DNA of 64,000 nucleotides, taken from an uncultured Acidobacteriota bacterium (GTDB lineage Bacteria; Acidobacteriota; Vicinamibacteria; Marinacidobacterales; SMYC01). This document shows positions 49,210 through 60,137 of this stretch, one piece after another. The stretch spans positions 144,751 to 208,750 of the forward strand of contig CAVQUX010000025.1 in the NCBI GenBank assembly GCA_963716925.1. Direction: 5' to 3'. The notes below the pieces were generated by a model, which was not told where the DNA came from, did no database searches, and was given only the letters and a program-made list of their open reading frames with translations. The first letter of the stretch is position 1. The number at the start of each line of letters is the position of its first letter. Made by a program: the position numbers and the translations under genes.

Positions 49210-52099
49210 TTAGAAGATAAACCTCACCGCCAGCTCGGCCTGCGTCTTGGGCTTGGCGACATTGATCTGACCGAAGCTGTCCGAAAGCGAGTTCGTCACC
49301 CTGCCGCTTCCCTGCAGCCCCCCCAAGTTCGTGGTGTTGAAGAGGTTGAATATCTGAAACAACGCCTCGATTCTCTGCCCTTCCCCTATGGAAAAGCTCT
49401 TGCTGATCCGCAGATCCACGACGTTGAACGTCGAGCTGTCGAAGTCGCTTTCATTGACCGGGCCCAGTCCGTTCGCGGCCCGCCAATCGTTGACCGCGCT
49501 CACGTTCAGATCGCGGGAGCCGGAGTTTCGGGTCGTGCCCGGAACCAGGTCGGGGCTCCGGCCGTCGCCGTTCAGATCCCGCCCCGCGGCCGCAATCCAG
49601 GGTAGCTGGGTCCGGTACTGCCAGATCATGCCCAGCATGAAGTCCCACGGCAACGCGACCGACCCACTCGCCACAAGGGCGTGCCGGCGCTCGAAACGCC
49701 CCGGCCCGATATCGAGCGACTTGTCGAAGGGGTCGAGATAATCCACCGGGTTCAAGGGAGAATTGTCGGTGATCTTGTTCCAGGTGTAGGCCACCACGTA
49801 CTGGTAGCGGTCGCTGTAGCGCTTCTCTACCTTGGCGTAGATCCCGTAGTACTTCGAAAAGCCGGTCGACTCGAGGTAGTCGATGCGATCGAACGCCGGG
49901 TCGGGCCTGAGGCCGGTGACGGGATCCGCGGCGTTGATATCCCGGCGTTTTTGTTCCTTGATGGTGTAGTTGTAGATCCCGTCCAGGGAGACGGCAATGT
50001 CATTGGAGATCTGGCGCTCCATTCCGACGCTGAACTGCTGCGCGTAGGGCTGGACGTAGTTGTTGTCCACCACGGTGATGGGAGGCGGCCCGCCTTCGAC
50101 GAAGTCCAGCGGGTCGCGTCCCCCGTAGGGATCGGGGTAGGAGGGGTTGTTGATCAGGACGTTGTACCTCTGCAGGTTCGTGGTCTCCGCGATCTCCCGG
50201 AAGATGCGCACGTGACCGTAGTACACGCCGTACCCGCCCTTCACCGCGGTTCGGCCGTCGCCGAAGACGTCCCACGCGAGGCCAATGCGTGGCGCGAAAT
50301 TGTTGTGGTCCCCGCGCTTGGAGACGTCGATGAACGGGATTGGCTGCGGAAAGGTCGACGGGTCGAGCTCTTCGTTGCAGCAGTTGACTTCGCGCTCGTA
50401 CCGCAGACCTAGATACAGGGTCAGGTTGTCCTTGACCGACCAGTCGTCTTGAATGTATCCGGCCCAGTAGTGGGTGGGTTTCGGCGTGGAAACGTCCCCC
50501 AGAGTGGAGGAGAAATTGGTCGCGTCCTGCAGATTGGCTACCGACTGGGGATCGTCGGGGTCGAAGTACTGATCCGTGCCGAAGGTGTAGCTTCCCAGGG
50601 GCGCGGTCGTGCTGTACTCGTACTGGTTGTAGTTGTACTCACCCCCGACCTTGAGACTGTGCTTGCTCAGGAGGATGGAAAGGGAGTCCCTGAACCTCCC
50701 AGCGCGTCTCCGGTCCAAGTTCGTCGAAGCTGCTTCCCCAGCTCAGAGAGGGGAAATTCAGTGATTGCGTCCTTCCTGCGAACCGCTGAGGCGAAAAATC
50801 CCCAGGGTCCGTCCAGAATTCGGTTCCCGATGGCGAAATGAAGTAATAGGCGCCCCACGCGACCTGGAAACGGAAGTCGTTCAACCGCGTCTCGTCGAGA
50901 ACCGCGGTATGCCCCACTACGATGCTGCGGCGAGGGATGCTCCAGTCGCTCCCGGCGGCGGTCGCGGTCGTACCTCCACAGCCGCCGCAGATTTCCTCCT
51001 GGTCCTCCCGGTTCACCGTCACGAAGAGGCTATGGGACTCGTTGAGTTGCCAGTCGTAGCGCCCGAAGTACATGTATCGCGAGGATGGCTGCTTGAAGGT
51101 TCCTTCCACCGAAGAGTAGAACTGAGGCAAGCCCGTGAACACGGTGTAAAACTGATCGATGTTCGTGCGCTCGATGGCGAAGAACAGGTGCATCTTGTCC
51201 CTGATGATGGGACCTCCGATGCTTCCACCGTATTGCTTGCGCGCGAACTCGGGCTTCTCTTCTTCGAAGACCCCCTTGGCGTTGAGCACTTTGTCCCGGA
51301 AGTAGTAGTACGCCGAACCGTGCGGCGAGTTCGTCCCCGATTTGGTCACGATCTGGATGACGCCGGCGGTGGCCATGCCGAACTCCGGCTTGAACTGGGC
51401 GTTGCTGACCTTGAACTGCTCGACCGCGTCCTCGGGAACGTCCTGACGCGGCTCGCCATCCTCGATCCAGTTGTTGGTTACGCCGTCGACCATATTGCGG
51501 GTACTGTTGAAGGTCACGCCCCCGCCGACCTGAACGCTCTCGAAGAAGCCCCGATTGACGTCCGGGCTCACGCCGGGCACTAACAGAGAGAGCGAGAGAT
51601 AACTGCGCGAGTTGATCGGCAGCTGGGCGATCTGCTCCTTGGTGATGACGAACGAGACCTCGGTGTCCTTCGCCTCCACGAGAGGTGTCTCCGCCGTGAC
51701 GGTGACCGATTCGGCTACCGCAGCGATCTTGAGGTTGAGAGGTTGCGTGAGCTGAAACCCGATCGTGAGGATCAAGTCTTGCACTTCCACAGTCTGGAAT
51801 CCCGTGAGCTCCGCTAGCACGGAATACCGCCCGGGCGCGAGCGCGGGAAAGGCATAGCGTCCGTTGGCGTCCGTGGTCGAGACTCGAGTCGCCCCCGTCT
51901 CTGCGTTTCGCAGGGTGACGCTCACCCCCGGGATCGCCGCTCCCTGCTCGTCCGTGGCGAGACCACTGATGGCAGCGGTGCCCTGCGCCACGAGCGGCGA
52001 GGCCGCCCCGGCCAGAAGCGCAATCCCAATCAAGAAGACATGGGCCGATGACCCCCGAGAAGTCGATGTTTTGTTCTTACCCACCATTTTTTTGCGCAA
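49210..52099 (-). pseudogene. TonB-dependent receptor (CarbopepD_reg + plug + barrel) with a frameshift near 50690-50720
   Basis: N-terminal 486 aa ORF (signal, CarbopepD_reg, plug). C-terminal 502 aa ORF ends ...AELAVRFIF*. The two overlap out of frame at 50639-50718 around a gggagg/ccctttcc run. Confidence 0.75.
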
Positions 52100-52229
52100 C
52101 TCCTCATTACAAGGAACTTATCAGGCTAGAGCACTCAGCCGCGCCCTTCTCGACTCGTCACGCTATGACGAAAGAAGCGAGCGCAAAATCGTAACCACGT
52201 CCGCTGGACCCGTAATATCGCCTCGCCTT

Positions 52230-52415
52230 GCCGAAAGTCAATAGATTTTTACAGAAATGCACATCAGCACGATGTTTTCTGAAGAAATCATGTAAACTGC
52301 ACCAAGAGAAAAATTCAGGAAAGAACGTAGGAATTCAGTTCGAGAAGCGCCCTGAAATAATAAGCCACCAACGAGAATCGCGAAGCCTTACTCAAGCGAC
52401 TGAGAGGCGGGGAAC
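52230..52415. promoter_or_regulatory. AT-rich divergent intergenic region with a small palindrome (ACATCagcacGATGT) between the TonB receptor and the HTH-cupin regulator
   Basis: GC content drops markedly relative to the flanks. The palindrome is at ~52258-52272. Likely promoter/operator region. Inference only. Confidence 0.35.
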
Positions 52416-53789
52416 TTGCCGGTCTTTAGCTCCCACCTGACGGACTATCCAATCCTCGAGATCGGTTCTCGTCTGCGCGAGGAGCGACAACGCCGGCAGT
52501 TGACGCTGGGCGAGCTCGCTGAGAAAGCAGGTCTTTCCGCGGCTCGCCTCTCCCAGATCGAAAACCAGCTCGTCATTCCCGATCTATCTCTCGTGCTCCG
52601 AATCAGCGAGGCCCTGGGGATAGCGGCCGATTCTCTTTTTCCCGAAGAACGCGCGCTCTCGCATCAAGTACGGCGTGAGTCCGAGATCCGCTCGATGAGG
52701 CCTCGGCGCGCGGCGATGGCTCACCCAGCCAGCAATCGGCACTACTTGTCCCACGACTTCTGGCCGCTCGCAGACCTCTTCGTGGGCAGGCACATCGAGC
52801 CCCTGGTCGGCAGCATTCGACACATCCCCGAGGCCGATCTCGAATTCTATTACCACGACGAGCTGGAGTTCGCATTCGTTCTGAAGGGAACGATGGAATT
52901 CCGCATGCGTACCCCCGAGGCAGAAATCCGGGAGGAGCTCACCCAAGGGGACTGCGTACTCTTCCGCTCCGATTTTCCTCACGTCGTTCGGTCGCCGGGC
53001 CCACAACCAGCCGAGAGCCTGCACGTATTCTCGGGGCCTTCGCCGCCGACCCGGACCGCCTGGGATTGGTTCTCGCCCCACCCGCGGGGCTTCATCGCGG
53101 ACACGAACGACGAGGCTTCCTCGGCCGTTGGGCGGCGGCTGCGCGTCCTTCGCGAAGCCTGTGGCTGGAGCCCCAAAGAGGCCGCCGCCATCGCCGGCCT
53201 GAAAGAGAAACAGCTCTTGCGGATCGAGGCGGGAAAACGCTCCGTTCCCCTCGATGCTCTCGTCGCTTTCGCTCGGGCATTTGGAGAACCGCTGCGCCCG
53301 TTTTTCGGAGGCCTTCGGGCGAACGAGCCCTGCTACGTACTCCGCCGCGCGGCCGAGATTCGCGCCATGTCGCCGCGCAAAAGGAGAGCTCATTCCGGTC
53401 GAGAGGGTGAGTCGATCGCCAACGTCTACTTTCCGCTTTGGTCGGATTTTCCCGCCCGTTACATGTTCCCTTGTCTCGTGGAGATCCCGGCCGGCGGTGA
53501 AGAGGTGACTCTCAGCGAGCATCACGGTGAGGAGTTCGTCTACGTGCTCGAGGGTCAGATCGAGCTGACCACTTACGCCGAGGACGAACTGGTGACGGAG
53601 ATCCTGCGTCCAGGAGATTCCTGTTTTCTGGAGTCCAGTGTCCCTCACCTCCTGCGCGGCCAGACGAAGAACCCTTACTCTCAGACCAGCGCCACCGTGC
53701 TCGACGTTTTCTACTGTCCGCTCGGCGAAGGGTACCTTTTCTTCGACCGCAGCTCGGGGCGTCCGAAGCCGCCCCACGAATTGTCGTGA
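52416..53789 (+). CDS. transcriptional regulator with two tandem XRE-HTH plus cupin modules
   Basis: QLTLGELAEKAGLSAARLSQIE (HTH 1) with cupin 1 (GTMEF...GDCVLF). Second HTH RRLRVLREACGWSPKEAAAIAGLKEKQLLRIEAG with cupin 2 (EFVYVLEGQIEL...GDSCFL). Confidence 0.7.
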   Translation: MPVFSSHLTDYPILEIGSRLREERQRRQLTLGELAEKAGLSAARLSQIENQLVIPDLSLVLRISEALGIAADSLFPEERALSHQVRRESEIRSMRPRRAAMAHPASNRHYLSHDFWPLADLFVGRHIEPLVGSIRHIPEADLEFYYHDELEFAFVLKGTMEFRMRTPEAEIREELTQGDCVLFRSDFPHVVRSPGPQPAESLHVFSGPSPPTRTAWDWFSPHPRGFIADTNDEASSAVGRRLRVLREACGWSPKEAAAIAGLKEKQLLRIEAGKRSVPLDALVAFARAFGEPLRPFFGGLRANEPCYVLRRAAEIRAMSPRKRRAHSGREGESIANVYFPLWSDFPARYMFPCLVEIPAGGEEVTLSEHHGEEFVYVLEGQIELTTYAEDELVTEILRPGDSCFLESSVPHLLRGQTKNPYSQTSATVLDVFYCPLGEGYLFFDRSSGRPKPPHELS

Positions 53790-53908
53790 GAGTCCGGTCG
53801 CTCGCGTTTCTGAGTTTCACAGGATACCGATGGTCGTATCCGCATGCTCACGGTGAGCCGCCCACTTTGAGCTCGCGTTTGCGGATCGAGGCGGAGCCAA
53901 CGCAGTCA

Positions 53909-56044
53909 GTCATGGAGGGTCGGATGATCACCCGCGTTTCTCGAGGTTCGATTGCGCTTCTCGCCGCTTCCGTCAGCTTGTGTTCTGGAGCCACTGCTCA
54001 AACGCAGAGGCTGCAGAGCGCCGATCTGCTCCGGCTGCGATCGGTGGAAGAAGTCGAGGTTTCGCCGGACGGCCAGAAAGCTGTCTACACCGTGGTGAGC
54101 TACGACCGTCCCGGCCGGCCCTACACCCAAATCTGGATTCTGGATATCGCCTCCGGACGGTCTTCCCGATGGACCGACGAGAACCTCGCGGCTTCCGGGC
54201 CTCGATGGTCCCCGGATGGCCAGTGGATCGCGTACTGGGACGGCGGCGCTCTGAGCGAAAAGGAGCCCGAAGCGCACGAGCCGGTGGTGGAGCACGAGCT
54301 TTTTCGCGACCCCATCTCCAATCTGATGGTCGCGCGCGCCGACGGGAGCGGACAAACGCTCCTGGCAACGGCCCGCGCCACCAACCACGACCTGCCACGG
54401 GCGGATACGAGCGGCTTGGCCTGGGCGCCCGACGGGAAGCGGATCGCGTTTCTCTCCGCGACCCCCGGTCCTGAAACGGACCAGGCGAGCGGCGACCCGC
54501 GGGTCATCACCCGCTACCACTACAAGCCAAGCTGGTCCGAAGGCCGAACGCGGTTCACCGACAATCGCCGCCTGCATGTATTCGTCGTCGACACCGGGTC
54601 GAAAAACGTCCGCCAGCTCACCGACGGCCGCTACCACGAGCACTCCATCGACTGGTCGCCGGACGGCAAGGAGATCGTCTTCGTTTCCAATCGAGAGCCG
54701 GACCCGGATCGTTTCTTCAATTACGACATCTTTACCGTGGGGGCGGACGACGGAGCATTGAGGCGAGTGCTCTCGACGGAGAGCGTCGAGTACATGCCCC
54801 GCTGGTCGCCGGACGGAAAAACGATCGCCTACCAGGGCACGAAGCGAGGTCTCGCCTCCTCCGAAAGTTTCATGGAGGACACCCACATCTGGCTGGTCGA
54901 CGCCGACGGAACCGAGCCTAGCGAGTTGGGAGCTTCGATCGACAACCGCCAGGGCCCTCCGGTGTGGGCCCGAGATGGAAAGTCGGTCTACACCACGGTG
55001 GAGGAGCGGGGCAGCGTGCGCTTGTACCGCCTGGCCACGCTCGGAGGCGAGCCCGAAGCGGTGGTGAGCGAGCCCGGCCAGGTGGGGTTCTTTTCCGTCG
55101 CCCTGGGAGGCGGGCTTCTGTACTCGTTTCACTCCCCCAAGGACATGCCTCAGCTTTACTCCAAGGCGGGCGGCGCCCCCGGGGTGCGGCTGACCGATCT
55201 GAACTCGGCGGTTCTCGGCGACAAGGCAATCGCCGAGATCGAGTCGTTCACGTTTCTGGGGCACGACCATAAAGAGGTAGAAGCCTTCCTCACCAAACCC
55301 CTGGGAAAGACCGACGACTCGAAACACCCGATGATTACCCTCATCAAAGGGGGCCCTCACACGCAGCAGGGGCCCATTTTCGACATGAAGGCCCAGGTCT
55401 ACGCCGCCCAGGGCTGGGCGACGCTCATGGTCAATTACCGCGGCTCCACTGGCTATGGCCAGGCCTTCGGCGACGCCATTTTTGGGGTCCTCGGCAACAA
55501 CTGTGGCGAGCCCAAGGACATTCTGTTCGGGGTCGGTGCGGCGCTCCGGCGCAACCTCTCTCTGGATCCCGACCGGCTCGGCGTCGAGGGGCTCAGCTGC
55601 GGCGGCCAGTTGAGCGGCTGGCTCATCACTCAGACCCCTCAGTTCAGCGCCGCCATACCCGCCTCAGGCATCTACAACCTTCTCAGCTTCAACTACATGG
55701 CCTACTACAACGACTACATGGCGGTGGAGCACGGAGCCTTCCCCCACCAGGACAACATGATGGACTTGATGTGGGAGTGGTCGGCGCTCAAGCACGTCGC
55801 CAAGGCGAAGACCCCGACGATGCTTGTCCATGGCGAGAACGACAACGACGTTCCCATCGCCGAGGCCGAGATGTATTACACCGCACTCAAGGACGTGGGG
55901 GTGGAAACCGTCATGGTGCGTTATCCGCGCGAGGGGCACGGCCTCCGCGAGCCCAGACACCTCGTGGACTGGTTCGACCGCAGCGTCGCCTGGTACGAGA
56001 AGCACTTTGCCGAGAAGCGACCGCCGTATACCCCGACGCCATGA
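53909..56044 (+). CDS. S9-family serine peptidase with N-terminal propeller, paralog B
   Basis: Collinear with 46896..49028 (RPYTQIWILD, WSPDGQWIAYW, GLSCGGQ, VHGENDNDVPIAEAE...REGHGLREP). Confidence 0.85.
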   Translation, partial: VMEGRMITRVSRGSIALLAASVSLCSGATAQTQRLQSADLLRLRSVEEVEVSPDGQKAVYTVVSYDRPGRPYTQIWILDIASGRSSRWTDENLAASGPRWSPDGQWIAYWDGGALSEKEPEAHEPVVEHELFRDPISNLMVARADGSGQTLLATARATNHDLPRADTSGLAWAPDGKRIAFLSATPGPETDQASGDPRVITRYHYKPSWSEGRTRFTDNRRLHVFVVDTGSKNVRQLTDGRYHEHSIDWSPDGKEIVFVSNREPDPDRFFNYDIFTVGADDGALRRVLSTESVEYMPRWSPDGKTIAYQGTKRGLASSESFMEDTHIWLVDADGTEPSELGASIDNRQGPPVWARDGKSVYTTVEERGSVRLYRLATLGGEPEAVVSEPGQVGFFSVALGGGLLYSFHSPKDMPQLYSKAGGAPGVRLTDLNSAVLGDKAIAEIESFTFLGHDHKEVEAFLTKPLGKTDDSKHPMITLIKGGPHTQQGPIFDMKAQVYAAQGWATLMVNYRGSTGYGQAFGDAIFGVLGNNCGEPKDILFGVGAALRRNLSLDPDRLGVEGLSCGGQLSGWLITQTPQFSAAIPASGIYNLLSFNYMAYYNDYMAVEHGAFPHQDNMMDLMWEWSALKHVAKAKTPTMLVHGENDNDVPIAEAEMYYTALKDVGVETVMVRYPREGHGLREPRHLVDWFDRSVAWYEKHFAEKRPPYTPTP

Positions 56045-58071
56045 GACACCGCTCTCGGATTGAAATCGAAACGCTGTTGGCAACGGAAGAGGAGGAGGAT
56101 TTCGTGAAGAAACAACTATCGAGCGCGCCCATGAGCTCCCGAGACGACGGCTTCCGCAGGACGGGACCCCGACTGCGCCTCATGTCTATGGCGGCGGCGA
56201 TCCTCGTCCTCGGCGCGTCGTCGCTTCCCGCCCAGGACTACGCCGCCCGCAACGCCGCGGCCGCCGATTACATCGCCAAGCACGCCGACCGAGAGGAGAA
56301 GGTCATGATGCCGATGCGGGACGGCGTCCGGCTCTCGGCGCTGATCCTTTTCCCCAAAGAACAGCCTCGTCGCAATATGCCCACCGTCTTGCTCCGCAAT
56401 CCGTACCTCACGGAAGGGATGGTCAACAGCTTCGGGGTGTTCGTACGGAGCTTTCTCGAGAACGGCTATGCCGTGATGTTCCAGAACGAGAGGGGCCGCT
56501 ACTTCTCGGAAGGGACGTTCACCTACCTCGTGGGCTCGGGCGAGGACGGATACGACTCCATCGAGTGGATCACCAAGCAGGCATGGTCGAACGGCAAAGT
56601 GGGCCTGCTCGGCTGCTCGTCGAGTGCAGAGGAGCAGCACAAACTGCAGGGAATGCAGCATCCCGGCCTCGGCGCCGGAGTGCCGATGGGCTCGGGCGCC
56701 GGTATCGGCAAGGTGGGGCCCTATAACGAGATGGGCAACTTCTACCGCGGAGGCGCCATGCAGCCCTGGTGGTTCTCCTGGTACTACGGCTCGGGCTACA
56801 CCTATCGCCCGCAGTTTCCGTCCGACCTGCCGCGGGAGACCCTCATCCGCCTCGGCCGCTTCTGGAATATGGAGCCGGAGCTGAAGCCGGCCTCGGAAAT
56901 CGATTCCCTGGTATGGACGCTTCCCATCAATCAAGTCATGCAGAAGATGGGAGGAGCGCCGAGCGACATGGATCGATTCGTCAACTGGCTGCCCAACGAT
57001 CCGGGCTGGAAGGGTGTCGACTTCGGCGGCGAGGGCGACCGCGCGAGCTCGCCGATTCTGATGATCAACTCCTGGTACGACCTTTCGATCGGCCCGAACG
57101 TCGCGTACCACGAATACCAGACGGAGAGCGCGGCGAACGAGAACGCCCGGAACAACATGTTCATGGTGATCGCCCCGACCACGCACTGCCAGATGGGCCG
57201 CATGGAGTCGGAGCACACCATCGTCGGACAGCGAGACATGGGCGACGCCCGGTTCGATTACGTGGGACTGGTACAGCGCTGGTTCGACCGGTTTCTGAAG
57301 GGCGAGGAGAACGGAGTCACCAATGAGCCCAAAGTGCGCGCCTACATGATGGGCGCCAACGAGTGGAGGAGCTACCCGAGCTGGCCGCCTCCGGACGCGG
57401 ACTACGTCACCTACTACCTCGCGAGCGACGGCGGCGCGAATAGCATGCTCGGTAACGGCCGTCTGGCGACGACGAAGCCCGTGAAAGCGGGCCTCGACAC
57501 CTTCATGTATGACCCGGTGCGTCCCGTGCCCTCTCTCGGCGGAAGCATCTGCTGCTTCAGCGCGAGCTTCCAGGGCGGCTCGTTCGACCGCTCGAACATC
57601 GAGATGCGTACGGACGTGCTGGTCTACACCACGCCGCCCCTCGACAGCGCGGTCGAGATCGCGGGTCCGATCTCGGTTTCGCTCTACCTCTCGTCCGATC
57701 GGAAGGACACTGACCTCACCGTTCAGCTCGTGGACGTGTACCCGGACGGCCGGGCCTACAACCTCGACGAGAGCATCCAGCGGGTCCGCTGGCGCGCGGG
57801 ATGGGAGAAACCGGTGTTCATGGAGCCGGACAAAGTGTACAGGGTCGACGTCGGCCCGCTCGTGACCTCGAACGCATTTCTCCCTGGCCACAGGATCCGG
57901 GTCGAGGTGTCGAGCAGCAACTTCCCGCGATTCGAGCGAAACCTCAATACCGGCGGCAACAACTTCGACGAAAAGGATGGACTCGTTGCTCGAAACGTCA
58001 TCCATCACGGCGGCGCCTACCCATCGGCCGTGGTGCTGCCGGTCCTTCGAGTTCGGGCTGCGGAGCAGTAG
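56041..58071 (+). CDS. CocE/NonD-family (S15, X-Pro dipeptidyl-peptidase-like) hydrolase
   Basis: About 670 aa. The hydrolase fold is followed by a C-terminal beta-sandwich (SSNFPRFERNLNTGGNN is the family's C-terminal motif). ATGA overlap with the upstream stop. The real start may be the internal signal-like MSMAAAILVLGASSLPAQ. Confidence 0.8.
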   Translation: MRHRSRIEIETLLATEEEEDFVKKQLSSAPMSSRDDGFRRTGPRLRLMSMAAAILVLGASSLPAQDYAARNAAAADYIAKHADREEKVMMPMRDGVRLSALILFPKEQPRRNMPTVLLRNPYLTEGMVNSFGVFVRSFLENGYAVMFQNERGRYFSEGTFTYLVGSGEDGYDSIEWITKQAWSNGKVGLLGCSSSAEEQHKLQGMQHPGLGAGVPMGSGAGIGKVGPYNEMGNFYRGGAMQPWWFSWYYGSGYTYRPQFPSDLPRETLIRLGRFWNMEPELKPASEIDSLVWTLPINQVMQKMGGAPSDMDRFVNWLPNDPGWKGVDFGGEGDRASSPILMINSWYDLSIGPNVAYHEYQTESAANENARNNMFMVIAPTTHCQMGRMESEHTIVGQRDMGDARFDYVGLVQRWFDRFLKGEENGVTNEPKVRAYMMGANEWRSYPSWPPPDADYVTYYLASDGGANSMLGNGRLATTKPVKAGLDTFMYDPVRPVPSLGGSICCFSASFQGGSFDRSNIEMRTDVLVYTTPPLDSAVEIAGPISVSLYLSSDRKDTDLTVQLVDVYPDGRAYNLDESIQRVRWRAGWEKPVFMEPDKVYRVDVGPLVTSNAFLPGHRIRVEVSSSNFPRFERNLNTGGNNFDEKDGLVARNVIHHGGAYPSAVVLPVLRVRAAEQ

Positions 58072-58113
58072 CGAGGGATCGGTCGAAAGTTGCAGCGACC
58101 GGCTTCGCGGGAC

Positions 58114-60029
58114 TCAGCCGAACAGCTGCTGCACCGCTCGCCTTCCTTCCACCGTGGCGTCGTGCCAGTTCTGATGGCCGTGCAGGTCGGAGTTGGCGAA
58201 CGTGATGCGTCCCGTCGGGCGACGGAGGACGTCCGGCGCCGCGGGATGCCCGTGGCGGCCGAAGTAGAAGCCCGGAGCGGGACAGACGTACGCGTGGCCC
58301 CAGCGATTCAGAATGATTCCGGCGATGTCCTGGCGCGCATCGAATCCGCCCCGGCCGAACAGGCGCATGAGCTGTTCGCGAATCAGTCACCTCGTAGTCG
58401 CGGTAGCTGGTGCCCGAGGAGCTCGGTCCGCGCCGATGCGGCCTGCTCGCGGATGGACCCGCCCGGGCGCTCGAACGGCACATAGAACGTGAGAATGGTC
58501 GGTTTGTCCGGATGAAGCGGCGGACGGTAGTCGCCCACCACCATGGACTGCCGCAGGTTGCAGCAGAATCCGAACCGATCGCGGTAGCTCGCCGCGGTGA
58601 TGCCCAGGTCGTAGAGCGCGCGCCACCGCCGGAGCGCCACGTTCACCACCAGCATCGGCGCCCGCACGAAGTCTTCGAACGCTTCGCGATACTCCTGGCC
58701 GATGTCGGCGACCATGTACTGTGAAGACCAGCCGCCGCCCGCCATCACCACACCTCCCGCAGCGGCTCGGTACAGCCGGCCTCCGAGGGTGTAGATGACC
58801 TCGACCGTACCGTCCGCCTGGTTGGCGACACGGATGGCCGTGGCCGCGAGACGTATTCGCGTGGGGTTTCCGGCCCGATCCAGCTCTTCGAATCGTATCT
58901 TGCCCCCGAGAATGCCCGCGAACCCGTTGCCCTCGATGGAGTTGGGCGACGAGCTTCTTGAGCACGTGCCGCATGATGCCGTCGTTGCCGCCGGGAAACG
59001 CGGTCACCGTCGAAAGGATATCGGCGAGCTTGCGCGATCCGCTTCGCCCGTTGCCGGTGCCCGGAAGACCGATCTGCGCCGCGCACTGTGCAGAGATGAC
59101 GTCGCTTCCGAGCCCGCCCGCAGCCCCAGCCAGGATGGGGTCCGCGTACCGGGCCACGGCGGGGTCGAGCTTGAGCTCCCGCACCAGGAGCTGCTCGTAG
59201 GTCATCGTGTCGAACCACCTTGGCAGATCGTCTCCCTCGTGGACCTTCGGGTCCGAACGCCAGCGCAGGAAATCGTTCCGCAGCGGCTCGGACCAGGGTG
59301 TCTCCTTGAGTCCCGCACCGAAGGCGTCGCGCACCAGGCGGAGCGACCCGTCCGCCTCGGCAAAGTAGAAGCCGTGGCTCGCGAACTCATCCGCCCAGAG
59401 CTGGAAATAGTAGTGGTCGCGCGCCATCTCGAGGGGCGTGACGCCTTCCGCCCAGGCCTGATGCTCGAAGGCATCGGCGCCGGAGGGCAACCCGATCTCC
59501 CTCCAGTACTCGCCGACCCAGCCGGACCGCGGCCTGGTCCCGAAATCGTTGGAGCCCTGCGGTCCGATGAGATGGACGCCGTCCACTTCGAACTCGTTGC
59601 GCTTCGCCTCGCCGCCTGCCATCGGATGATTGTCGAGCACCAGGCATTGGCCACCGCGCTCCTTCTGGAAGAACCAGGCGGCGCCGAGTCCCGAAAGCCC
59701 GCCCCCGACCACGATCAGGTCGTAGCGTTCCGTCGTGTCCGTGGCACGGCTCCTGGCGTCGGCCAGTTTGCCGTCGCGGAGATCGTGCGCGACGGTGAGC
59801 GCCTCCCAGGTATTGCCGTGCGAGCGCGCGTAGTCACCGATGCCTCCGTATCCCTCCCAATCGGGATTCGCTGCTGAGGTTTGCGAAGCGAGCGAGCGGC
59901 GCCGGCTGCACGCAGCAGCGCGCTTCCGGCGGCGAGCAGGCTCGCATCGAGAAAGTCGCGTCGGGTGATGCGCAAGTCGAGGCCGAGGTCGCGGTCCGCG
60001 CTACTGAATCGGAGCTTGCGAGGCATGGG
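58114..60029 (-). pseudogene. Tat-signal FAD-dependent amine-oxidase-family oxidoreductase with at least 3 frameshifts
   Basis: Twin-arginine signal MPRKLRFSSADRDLGLDLRITRRDFLDASLLAAGSALL (frame of 59715..60065). The FAD fold YDLIVVGGGLSGLGAAWFF... is in the frame of 58387..59712. The middle (…IEGNGFAGILGGKIRFEEL…VVMAGGGWSSQYM…) and C-terminus (…RWGHAYVCPAPGFYFG…RITFANSDL…WHDATVEG…) are in two further frames. Junctions are near 59890-59910, 58945-58960 and 58370-58400. Confidence 0.65.
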
Positions 60030-60137
60030 GAAACTTACCACGCGCGTCAAGATCCTCGGCGGCACTCGTAATCGGTTCGCTCGGAGGGCTGCTCTACGTG
60101 CTCTCGATACGTTGAGTCATACAATGTAAGATGGCCC

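Noticed and set aside
56116-58008. 630 aa minus-strand ORF
   Set aside because: Antisense shadow of the CocE/NonD hydrolase gene.
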